DNA of 64,000 bases, taken from contig CBDBBI010000010.1 in the NCBI GenBank assembly GCA_965202625.1, positions 1,120,001 through 1,184,000 on the forward strand, read 5' to 3'. The notes under the pieces are model-generated. The model was not told where the DNA came from and did not search any database. It worked only from the letters and a program-made list of their open reading frames with translations. The position numbers and the translations under genes were made by a program. Every line of letters begins with the position of its first letter. Within the stretch, counting starts at the first letter, position 1. Below, piece by piece: positions 1-8,173 of this stretch. Source of the DNA: a bacterium. Lineage in GTDB: Bacteria; UBA8248.

Positions 1-1093
1 GCATCGCCGTGGCCTCCTCCAACGCCTCTCGCTGGAGGTTCTGGCGCTGGCGATTCCACTCCTCCAACACCTCGGCGTGAGAACGCGCCTCACTCTCGTC
101 ATCGCAGGTGAGGAGCTCGACCCCGAAGGAGGCTTCCCCCACCCGTCCCGCCGCGTTGAGCCTCGGGGCGAGAGCGAAGGAGACGTGCCGCGCGTCAAGC
201 GCCCGGGCCTTGAGGTTCGCCGCCGCATACAGCGCGCGAACCCCCGCCTTTCGACGATCCAGTCCCTCAAACCCGCCTTCGTCCATATGGGGGGGCGATA
301 GAACCTCAAGCCCATGGCGCACGAAAATGTGATTCTCATCCCGCAGGGGGGCCACGTCGGCCACCGTCCCCAACGCGACCAGATCCAGGTGCTGCTTCAG
401 GTTCGGCAGCGGGGCTTCGAACCCGCTTTCACGCAGGCGCCTTCTGACGGCGGAGACCAGTTTAAACGCGATTCCCACTCCGCAAAGCCCCTTGAAAGGA
501 TACCCGCAGCCCCTTTGATGGGGGTTGAGGACGGCCAGGGCGCGCGGCGCTTCGTCGGGCGGGCGGTGGTGGTCCGTGATGATGAGGCGAAGCCCCATCT
601 CCCCGGCCTCCCTCGCCGCAGCGCGCGCACTGATGCCGCAATCCACCGTCACCACCGTGTCGCAGCCCGCCCGCTTGAGCCTCCCCAGCCCTTCCCGGTG
701 CAGGCCGTATCCCTCTTCCAACCGGCCCGGAATGTAATACGGCGCCTTAACGCCTAGGTGGGAGAGAAAACGGCACATGAGCGCCGTGGCGGAGACGCCG
801 TCCACGTCATAATCGCCATAGACGCCGATGCGCCGCCGGCTCCTTATCTGCTCCAGGAGATGGGCGACCGCCTCCTCCATCCCCTTCATTAAAAACGGAT
901 CGCGCAACTCTGCCAGGGGTGCGTCCAAAAATTTACGCGCCTGGCTCGGGGTTTCGATGCCTCGCTGTGCGAGGAGCCTCCCCACAAGGGGGGGGGCGTT
1001 CAACTCTTGCGAGAGTCTGCGGGCGGATTCCGCATCGACCGGACGCAAGCTCCACTTGCGGGGAAAGACGAGCGGTCCCTTTGCATCGTTCAT
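1..1093 (-). CDS. recJ: Single-stranded DNA exonuclease RecJ (5' part; runs off window start)
   Basis: Not in the ORF track. Manual translation from ATG at 1093 gives DHH motifs GDYDVDG, TVDCG, ITDHH, LVALGTVAD and APRLNAAGR. ATGA overlap with the dacB stop. Confidence 0.95.
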   Translation of the reverse strand, partial: MNDAKGPLVFPRKWSLRPVDAESARRLSQELNAPPLVGRLLAQRGIETPSQARKFLDAPLAELRDPFLMKGMEEAVAHLLEQIRSRRRIGVYGDYDVDGVSATALMCRFLSHLGVKAPYYIPGRLEEGYGLHREGLGRLKRAGCDTVVTVDCGISARAAAREAGEMGLRLIITDHHRPPDEAPRALAVLNPHQRGCGYPFKGLCGVGIAFKLVSAVRRRLRESGFEAPLPNLKQHLDLVALGTVADVAPLRDENHIFVRHGLEVLSPPHMDEGGFEGLDRRKAGVRALYAAANLKARALDARHVSFALAPRLNAAGRVGEASFGVELLTCDDESEARSHAEVLEEWNRQRQNLQREALEEATAM

Positions 1094-2952
1094 CTCCCCT
1101 GCCCGCTTTCCGGTCCAGCCTCTCCGGGGTCGTCAACGCCCCGCCCATTGCCCATTTCGCGTTTATCCGGATGAGCACCCGGCGGAAAAACGCGCCGTGG
1201 GGCAACCACCAACTCCTCGCCTATCCCGTATTCCCCACTCCCCTCTGAGACGCTTCCCAAGGGCCACACGGCGGCCCTCGTCGAGGTCCGCTTGAGGGGA
1301 TGCACGTTGGAGCCGCGCGTTCCGGATGCATCCACTCCGGCCAAGCGCGGGCGCGGCGCGCTCCGCCGCCGCCACCGATCTCTGAGGTATGGTTTCGGCA
1401 TGGGGCGCCCCATCATTTTCCGCGCGCCCTCGAAATGGGCGTTCACGGGCGCCGGGAATTTCCTGCTGAATGCGATCATCGAGCGAACGAGTGCGAGCGT
1501 GAGCGCTTTGGGGCGGCATGCATCTCCATTCATGAGAACGGAGAACGCGAGGACCTCTCCGTTTCTCGCCGCCGCATACCCGCTCAGCGCGGAAACGCCC
1601 CGCAACATGCCCGTCTTCACCCGCACCCGGCGCGACGCCGCGCTTGCGGGGCGTCTGCTTCGCACCGTGCCGTCGACGCCAAACACGGCCAGCGACGACA
1701 TGAGCTCTGGCCGCAACCTGAAGTCGTTGTGCACCGCTTCGAGCAGAACCACCAGCGCGCGCGGCGAGACGCGGTTCCTCCTGCTCAAGCCCGAACCGTC
1801 GGCGAGGTCGAATTCCTCCGCCGGCACGCCGATCGCGACCAGGAAGTCCCGCACCACGCGGAGACCTTTCTCCGCCGTGCCCGGCGCGCCGCGCGCCTCG
1901 GCACCCAACGTCTTGAGAATCTGCTCGGCAACAAAATTGTTGCTGTGCTTGTTCAGCCCACGAACGATCTCGCCGAGGGGCGGAGAGAGATTTCGCGCCA
2001 AAAGTCGCGCGTCAGGCGGCGTCTCGGCTTGCCGCATTCCGCCCTCCAAGCCAATCCCCTGCCTCTCGAACTCGGCGAGGACCGCGCCGGCCACGAAAGC
2101 GGTGGGGTCCGAGACAGGGGCGCGATACGTTCTCATCCCCTCGCCCGGCGGAATCGATCCGCTCACCCGGACGACGTCCTTCCCGTTCAAACGCTCGCGA
2201 CCGAGCCGGATTCGGGGACGTCCGCCGCGCGAGGTACTCACCGACGACTTCAGGCGAAGCGCACGCGATGAGGGCTCGAGCCGCGCGCGCGCCGGGCGGC
2301 CGGGCTTATCGCCCGGGACCACGACTACGTTCGCCAAACCGAAGTTCAGGGACAACGCCCCATGCGGGGCCAGGTAAGGCTGAATGGAGCGGCCCACTCG
2401 CCATCCCCGTCCATACCTTTTCGCATCGAAGAACGTGTCGTCCGCCACCAAATCGCCCGCGACGTCCCTCACGCCGAGAATATTGAGGCGCCGCACGAGG
2501 TCGCGCATCTTCTCGTGGACGAAGAGGGGGTCGCCATAACCCTTGAGGTAAAGGTCGCCATGTAGGACGCCGCCCCTCAACTCGGCGGCCGCATAAAAAT
2601 CGGTGGCGAACTGATAGTCTGGCCCCAACCGCGCGAGCGCGGCGGCGGCCGTCAGGAGCTTGACGTTCGACGCGGGAATCCGCTTGACGGCGGCTCTGTG
2701 GGAAAAAAGCGTCTGGGCGGTGGAGACCGATCGAACGTAAAGACCCATGCGCTCGGGGTAGGAGCATTGCTTCCTAATGGCGCGCCGCGCCGCCGATCGA
2801 AAGGCGGCCTTGGACAAAACGGCGTCTCGGGGGATGCGCTTTTCGTTCAAGGCGATAGCGCCGGTCGCACAGAACGCGACGATGCACAGAACCATTCCCC
2901 AGCGGAGGAGCCTGACGAAGCGGCCCTGGGCGTCACGATCAACGAATCTCAT
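1090..2952 (-). CDS. dacB: D-Ala-D-Ala carboxypeptidase/endopeptidase PBP4 (peptidase S13) with C-terminal extension
   Basis: PASNVK (SxxK), KHSNN (SxN), DGSGLSR and KTG motifs; N-terminal hydrophobic segment. Confidence 0.92.
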   Translation of the reverse strand: MRFVDRDAQGRFVRLLRWGMVLCIVAFCATGAIALNEKRIPRDAVLSKAAFRSAARRAIRKQCSYPERMGLYVRSVSTAQTLFSHRAAVKRIPASNVKLLTAAAALARLGPDYQFATDFYAAAELRGGVLHGDLYLKGYGDPLFVHEKMRDLVRRLNILGVRDVAGDLVADDTFFDAKRYGRGWRVGRSIQPYLAPHGALSLNFGLANVVVVPGDKPGRPARARLEPSSRALRLKSSVSTSRGGRPRIRLGRERLNGKDVVRVSGSIPPGEGMRTYRAPVSDPTAFVAGAVLAEFERQGIGLEGGMRQAETPPDARLLARNLSPPLGEIVRGLNKHSNNFVAEQILKTLGAEARGAPGTAEKGLRVVRDFLVAIGVPAEEFDLADGSGLSRRNRVSPRALVVLLEAVHNDFRLRPELMSSLAVFGVDGTVRSRRPASAASRRVRVKTGMLRGVSALSGYAAARNGEVLAFSVLMNGDACRPKALTLALVRSMIAFSRKFPAPVNAHFEGARKMMGRPMPKPYLRDRWRRRSAPRPRLAGVDASGTRGSNVHPLKRTSTRAAVWPLGSVSEGSGEYGIGEELVVAPRRVFPPGAHPDKREMGNGRGVDDPGEAGPESGQGR

Positions 2953-3001
2953 ATTTTGTATCCGCCGTGCGGAAGGCGGGAATACCGGAACTTCTCTGTG
3001 C

Positions 3002-3550
3002 TCACAAAAAGGCGAGCGCCTGCATCACCTGCCGGGCCGTCGGGCGATCCCTGAAGTCCCCGCCCACGTGAACGTAGCGAACCACGCCGCGCTTGTCGAT
3101 GATGAAAATCGCGGGACGGGCGATTCCCTCGCTCGGATGAAGCACCCCATAGCGTTGAATGATCCGCTTGCTCGAATCGGAGAGCAGCGGATACCGCACG
3201 CCCAGCTCCCGAATGGTTTTATTGATTTCAAGCGCGCTGTCCGCACTGATAGCGACGATTTCAGCCCCAAGCCCATGCATCTTTTCGGATAATTGTTGGA
3301 ACTCCACGAGTTGCCGTTGGCAAATACTTCAGAAGTGGCCTCGATAGAAGATCATCAGAAGATGCTTCTTCTCCTTGAGGTCGGACAGCCTGAAACCCTG
3401 AATCTCGAACTCGGGCGCTTTGTCTCCCACCTTGGGGCGATTCTCGTCAAAAGGTGCCGCCGCCGCTCCGCCCCCGACCATGAAAGCGAGGACGACCGCC
3501 ATCGCCGCCAAGCCAAAGGCTCGCTTGAAATGACATTTGCTCCATCTCAT
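3002..3550 (-). CDS. Secreted peroxiredoxin-like (AhpC/TSA) selenoprotein with UxxC motif
   Basis: ORFs 3329..3832 and 3002..3307 are in the same frame and joined by TGA at 3329-3331: FYRGHF-U-SICQRQLVEFQ. KVGDKAPEF upstream and ARPAIFIIDKRGVVRY downstream complete one AhpC/TSA fold. Signal peptide follows ATG 3550. Confidence 0.85.
3298..3328 (-). promoter_or_regulatory. Putative bacterial SECIS hairpin
   Basis: GG(C)AACTC-GTG-GAGTTCC stem-loop; the G-initiated loop starts 21 nt after the UGA. Confidence 0.55.
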
Positions 3551-3710
3551 CGGCACTCCCCCACTCGTTCGAACAAAAACCGTCAAGTTCGCCTCTATCC
3601 TAATCCTCTTGAAACGCGCTGTAAACCACGACCGCCTGCGGGATTGACACCCAGCCCCGGCACATGTGAACCTCGGACGCTCCGCTCCCGCCGCGCCTGG
3701 ACCTGCGGAC

Positions 3711-5264
3711 ATGAAAAACCGAATGGCCGTCCTCGCACTGTTGTTGTTCGCATCCGCGCATCCGCTGGGCTGCGGGGAGAAGCGCCCCCCGAAGGACGAC
3801 GCCCTCGTCATCGGCATCGAGAACAACCCCACGCAGCTCGACCCGAGACTATCCCAGGACGCCGTCTCCTCTCAGGTGCAGCGCTTCATATTCAACTCCC
3901 TGCTGGCCAGAGACCAAGCCGGCCGATTCGTCCTGGAACTCGCCAGAAGCTGGGAGCGGCCCACGCCCCTCGTCCATCGCCTCGAGCTCAGGCGCGGAGT
4001 GCGGTTCCACAATGGCGCCTCCCTTACCTCATCCGACGTGAGATATACCTTCGACTCCATCAGAGACCCCGCCCTCGCCTCTCCCCAGGCGGCTACACTC
4101 GACGCGCTCGCGCGCATCGAAACGCCCACGCCGCACACGGTCGTATTCCACCTCAAGGAGCCGTCCGCCTCCTTCGCCGAATCCCTGACAGTCGGCATCC
4201 TCCCCGAAGACGCGGGCAAAGAGCGAGGGCGCTTCGCCCAAAAACCCATTGGCACCGGCCCTTTCGCGTTCGTGGAGTTCGCACCCGATGAGCGCATCAC
4301 TCTGAAAGCGTTCAAGGAGCATTTCGGAGGCAAACCCGCCTTCGACCTCCTCGTCTTCAAAATCCTGCCGGAGGAGACCATCCGCGTCCTCGAGCTGGAG
4401 AGCGGGGGCGTCGACTTCATCCAGAACTCTTTCTCCCCCGATCTGCTGCCTCGGCTCGCCAACAACAAACGGCTCAAGGTGCGCAAGCGCCTCGGCACGA
4501 ATTTCAGCTACATCGGCTTCAACCTCAGCGACCCGATTCTCTCAAAGCGCAAGGTGCGGCGCGCGATAGCCCACGCGATCGACCGGCGGCCCCTCATACG
4601 CTTCATCCTCAAGGGCCTTGCAAGGGAGGCGGATAGCCTGCTGCCGCCGGATCACTGGGCGCACCAAAAGGGCCTGCCGCGCTACGCGCACCGCCCGGAG
4701 TTGGCGAGAAAGCTCCTTGACGAGGCGGGCTTCCCCGATCCCGACGGGCCGGGCCCTAGGCCGCGCTTCACCCTCGTCTACAAAACTTCCCAAAATGAAC
4801 TGAGGCGCCGCATCGCCACCGTGCTGGCCCACCAGCTCGCCCGCGTGGGAGTGGAAATGAAGATACGCTCCTATGAATGGGGCACGTTTTTCGGCGACAT
4901 CCGAAACGGCAACTTCCAGCTTTACAGCCTCACGTGGGTCGGCATATCGGACCCCGACATCTATCGCTATATTTTTCACAGCCGCTTCACGCCGCCGGCC
5001 GGCCTCAACCGGGGGGGCTACCGAAACGCCCGCGTGGACGCGCTGCTCGAGACTGCCCGATGGGCGGCGGGAGCGAAGGAGCGCGCGCGCACGTATGGGG
5101 AGGTGCAGCGCGTGCTGGCCCATGAGCTTCCCTACGTCAACCTGTGGCACAGCGTGAACGTGGCGGCCTTCGACCGGCGCATCTCGGGATATCAGGTATT
5201 TCCGAACGAGGATTTAATATCTCTGGCGAAGGCGCGCCTCGCCCCCAGGGGAGCGAGGCGTTAG
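3711..5264 (+). CDS. Peptide/nickel ABC transporter substrate-binding protein (family 5), probable lipoprotein
   Basis: LGC lipobox-like signal; LRRGVRFHNG, PIGTGPF and VRRAIAHAID motifs. Confidence 0.9.
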   Translation: MKNRMAVLALLLFASAHPLGCGEKRPPKDDALVIGIENNPTQLDPRLSQDAVSSQVQRFIFNSLLARDQAGRFVLELARSWERPTPLVHRLELRRGVRFHNGASLTSSDVRYTFDSIRDPALASPQAATLDALARIETPTPHTVVFHLKEPSASFAESLTVGILPEDAGKERGRFAQKPIGTGPFAFVEFAPDERITLKAFKEHFGGKPAFDLLVFKILPEETIRVLELESGGVDFIQNSFSPDLLPRLANNKRLKVRKRLGTNFSYIGFNLSDPILSKRKVRRAIAHAIDRRPLIRFILKGLAREADSLLPPDHWAHQKGLPRYAHRPELARKLLDEAGFPDPDGPGPRPRFTLVYKTSQNELRRRIATVLAHQLARVGVEMKIRSYEWGTFFGDIRNGNFQLYSLTWVGISDPDIYRYIFHSRFTPPAGLNRGGYRNARVDALLETARWAAGAKERARTYGEVQRVLAHELPYVNLWHSVNVAAFDRRISGYQVFPNEDLISLAKARLAPRGARR

Positions 5265-6185
5265 ATGTTAGGATTTCTCGTGCGCCGGCTGCTGCTGCTC
5301 ATTCCCGTCCTGTGGGGGGTGACGACGCTCGTGTTCATCGTCACCCAGGTGCTGCCCGGCGACCCGGTGGACCTGATGCTGGGCGAGACCGCCCGGCCCG
5401 CCCAACGCGAACGGCTGCGCCAAACGCTGGGGCTGGACCGTCCCCTCACCACTCAATACGCCGACTACATGGGCGGGCTGTTGAGGGGGGACCTCGGCAC
5501 CTCGCTCCACCAAAAGAGAGGGGTGTCGACCATCATCATGGAGCGGACGTACGCCTCCGCGGAATTGGCGCTCGCCTCCATGTCCATCGCCCTGCTCATC
5601 GCGCTTCCGCTGGGGATCGCGGCGGCGCGGCGACCGGGCGGGGGAACCGACCTCGCGGCGGGTCTCCTCGCCGTGGCCGGGGCCAGCATGCCCGTATTCT
5701 GGCTCGGGCCGTTGCTCATCATTTTCTTCTCCATCGACCTCGGCTGGCTTCCCGTCTCCGGCAGGGAGGGGAGCCTGAGCCTTGTTCTGCCCGCCGTGAC
5801 GCTCGGCGCCGCGCTCTCTCCCATATTGATGCGCATGGCGCGCTCAAGCCTTCTGGAGGTGCTGCCGCAGGACTACATCTCCCTGGCGCGCGCGAAGGGG
5901 ATAACCGAGCGCAGGGTTCTCTGGCTTCACGCGCTGAAAAACGCCTGCCTGCCGCTCATCACCGTGCTCAGCCTCCAGCTCGGCGCGCTGCTATCGGGCG
6001 CCATCATCACGGAGACCGTCTTCGCCTGGCCAGGCGTGGGCCGCCTGGTGATTCAGGCCATCGCCGCCCGCGATTACCCGCTCGTGCAGGGTTGCGTCCT
6101 CTTCATCGCGCTCGTCTACGTGGGCGCCAATTTTCTGGCCGACGTCGCCTACGCAGCCCTCGACCCGCGCGTGAGGATGGAATGA
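5265..6185 (+). CDS. Peptide ABC transporter permease (DppB/OppB-like)
   Basis: PGDPV, LGLDRPL, ARAKG, HALKNA, ETVFAWPGVG and RDYP motifs. Confidence 0.92.
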   Translation: MLGFLVRRLLLLIPVLWGVTTLVFIVTQVLPGDPVDLMLGETARPAQRERLRQTLGLDRPLTTQYADYMGGLLRGDLGTSLHQKRGVSTIIMERTYASAELALASMSIALLIALPLGIAAARRPGGGTDLAAGLLAVAGASMPVFWLGPLLIIFFSIDLGWLPVSGREGSLSLVLPAVTLGAALSPILMRMARSSLLEVLPQDYISLARAKGITERRVLWLHALKNACLPLITVLSLQLGALLSGAIITETVFAWPGVGRLVIQAIAARDYPLVQGCVLFIALVYVGANFLADVAYAALDPRVRME

Positions 6186-6991
6186 GGCGCCGCCTTTCCA
6201 TCCATCTGGGAGGAGGCGTCATCGCCCTTTTGCTTCTCGCCGCTCTGGCCGCCCCCGCCCTCTCTCCCCACAGCCCGTATGACATGAAACTATCGCAAGG
6301 GCTTGCGGTGCCCGAGACGGCGCATCCCTTCGGGCGGGACAAGCTCGGCCGCGACATTCTGAGCCGCGTTCTGCACGGGGGGAGAACCTCGCTCACGGTG
6401 GGCTTCGCCGCCGTCTGCGCATCCGTCCTCATCGGCGTCCTCATCGGAGGAGTCGCGGGCTATCTGGGCGGCATGTGGGATGAGGGGATCATGCGCGTCA
6501 CCGACGTGTTTCTCGCCTTCCCCGGTATCTTGCTCGCCATCGCGCTCATGTCCGTCCTCGCCCCCAGTTTGTGGAACATCGTCATCTCCCTCTCCGCATT
6601 CGGGTGGGTCGGCTACGCGCGCCTGGTTCGCGCGCAGGTGCTCGCGCTGCGCGAGCGCGAATTCGTGACCGCCGCCCGCGCCTCGGGCGCGGCGCCCGCG
6701 CGAATCCTCACCCGTCACCTGCTCGCGAACCTGCTCTCCCCCGTCATCGTGGAGGCGAGCTTCGGCATGGCGGGCGCGATTCTCGCCGAATCGGGTCTCT
6801 CGTTTCTGGGGTTGGGAATACAACCGCCCGCGCCGAGCTGGGGGGCGATGCTGGCCGAGGGGCGCGACTTCCTGCTCGTCGCGCCACACCTGACGATCTA
6901 TCCTGGAATCGCGCTCGCCCTCACCGTCATGGGCCTGAACATCCTTGGCGACGGACTCAGAGACGCGCTCGACCCGACTCAGAAGAGATAG
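6182..6991 (+). CDS. Peptide ABC transporter permease (DppC/OppC-like)
   Basis: C-terminal part of ORF 5144..6991 from ATG 6182 (ATGA overlap); HPFGRDKLGRD, LSFLGLG and GDGLRDALDP motifs. Confidence 0.92.
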   Translation: MRRRLSIHLGGGVIALLLLAALAAPALSPHSPYDMKLSQGLAVPETAHPFGRDKLGRDILSRVLHGGRTSLTVGFAAVCASVLIGVLIGGVAGYLGGMWDEGIMRVTDVFLAFPGILLAIALMSVLAPSLWNIVISLSAFGWVGYARLVRAQVLALREREFVTAARASGAAPARILTRHLLANLLSPVIVEASFGMAGAILAESGLSFLGLGIQPPAPSWGAMLAEGRDFLLVAPHLTIYPGIALALTVMGLNILGDGLRDALDPTQKR

Positions 6992-7440
6992 AGGAAATAC
7001 CAGCGCCTTTTTTTCTTCTCCGCGCGCGGAATGGGTTCGCGCTTGGGGGCCGGCCCCGCTCCGGTCTCCCTTCTCAGGCGCCCCGCGGGTTTTGGCTTGG
7101 GGATGTTGGCGACGTCCAGCAAAACCCCATGCCCGGGGGCGAATATGGTCGCGCGTTCCTCTCCTCTAAAAAACGTCCCGGGACGAACAATGTGGCATTC
7201 AAGGCATTGAGTGGCGGCGCGCAGCGGGCTTTCCTCTTCATACCGAACCCTGTGCTTCTCAATGTGCGGAGCCTCCTCAAACTTCGCGTGCACGTGACAG
7301 CTCCGGCAGTGGGTTATGACGATCACGTTCTCCTCCGTAGGGAGAAGGGAGCCTCGAATAGCCTCTTCTATCGGCTCGCGCTGACAAGCGGATACGAGCA
7401 GAAAAAAGGCGGCCAACCCCATGAGCCATAAACTTTTCAC
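6979..7440 (-). CDS. Small di-heme c-type cytochrome, putative lipoprotein
   Basis: LVSAC lipobox; CRSCH and CLECH motifs; GTG start with GGGGAG/GAGG upstream. Confidence 0.65.
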   Translation of the reverse strand: MKSLWLMGLAAFFLLVSACQREPIEEAIRGSLLPTEENVIVITHCRSCHVHAKFEEAPHIEKHRVRYEEESPLRAATQCLECHIVRPGTFFRGEERATIFAPGHGVLLDVANIPKPKPAGRLRRETGAGPAPKREPIPRAEKKKRRWYFLYLF

Positions 7441-7528
7441 ACGCCTCACTCCCCCAAAATTCCCAAAATAAAAACTTCCTCCCCTGTGCCGCATACGCGG
7501 TGCGGGAACCCGGCAACCAAGCCGCGCC

Positions 7529-7942
7529 CTAATTGGCCCGCCTTCGTTCGGCCACCGCCTCGCGCACGTAGGCGACTATTTCGTCCATCGCCGCGCCGGG
7601 GGTGAAAACCTCATCCACTCCCCTTTTCTTGAGGGCGGGAATATCCTCGTCCGGCACGATGCCGCCGCCGAAGAGAGGGACGTCCTCCATCCCCTGCTCG
7701 TTGAGGAGTTCGCGGATTTTCGGAAAAAGGTGATTGTGCGCACCGGAGAGGATCGAGAGGCCCACGCAGTCGACGTCCTCCTGCATGGCGGCCGAGACGA
7801 TCTGCTCCGGCGTCTGACGGATGCCCGTGTAAATCACTTCCATGCCGGCGTCCCTGAGCGCGCGCGCGACGACCTTGGCCCCCCTGTCGTGGCCGTCGAG
7901 GCCGGGCTTGCCGACCAGCACCCGTATCTTTCGCTCGATCAT
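7529..7942 (-). CDS. Acyl-CoA (methylmalonyl/isobutyryl-CoA) mutase cobalamin-binding small subunit
   Basis: [12 protein letters not shown] (DxHxxG), [14 protein letters not shown] and VFTPG motifs. Confidence 0.93.
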   Translation of the reverse strand: MIERKIRVLVGKPGLDGHDRGAKVVARALRDAGMEVIYTGIRQTPEQIVSAAMQEDVDCVGLSILSGAHNHLFPKIRELLNEQGMEDVPLFGGGIVPDEDIPALKKRGVDEVFTPGAAMDEIVAYVREAVAERRRAN

Positions 7943-8173
7943 TTTCCGCCTCCCGCGCGCTCCCACCCCCCCCAGTTTCAGCGGCGGGTCGCGGCGGCCA
8001 GTTTGCTCGCGCCGACTCCGCTCCACATCGCACTCCTGAAGATTATCCTGCAAAGAAGGCCGCGTTTCAAACGAGTCGCGCAATGATGTCGACTTTTTCC
8101 TCGCACTTGGGTAATCTTGCAAAAATTTAGCTCACGCGCGTTTTCGCATTCCGCCCTTCCACGGGACTCCCGC

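Noticed and set aside
77-1295. Plus-strand ORFs at the window start
   Set aside because: They are antisense to recJ, which explains the region.
7943-8173. Cobalamin riboswitch upstream of the B12-binding mutase subunit (also checked upstream of nrdJ)
   Set aside because: No recognisable B12-box or conserved core elements.
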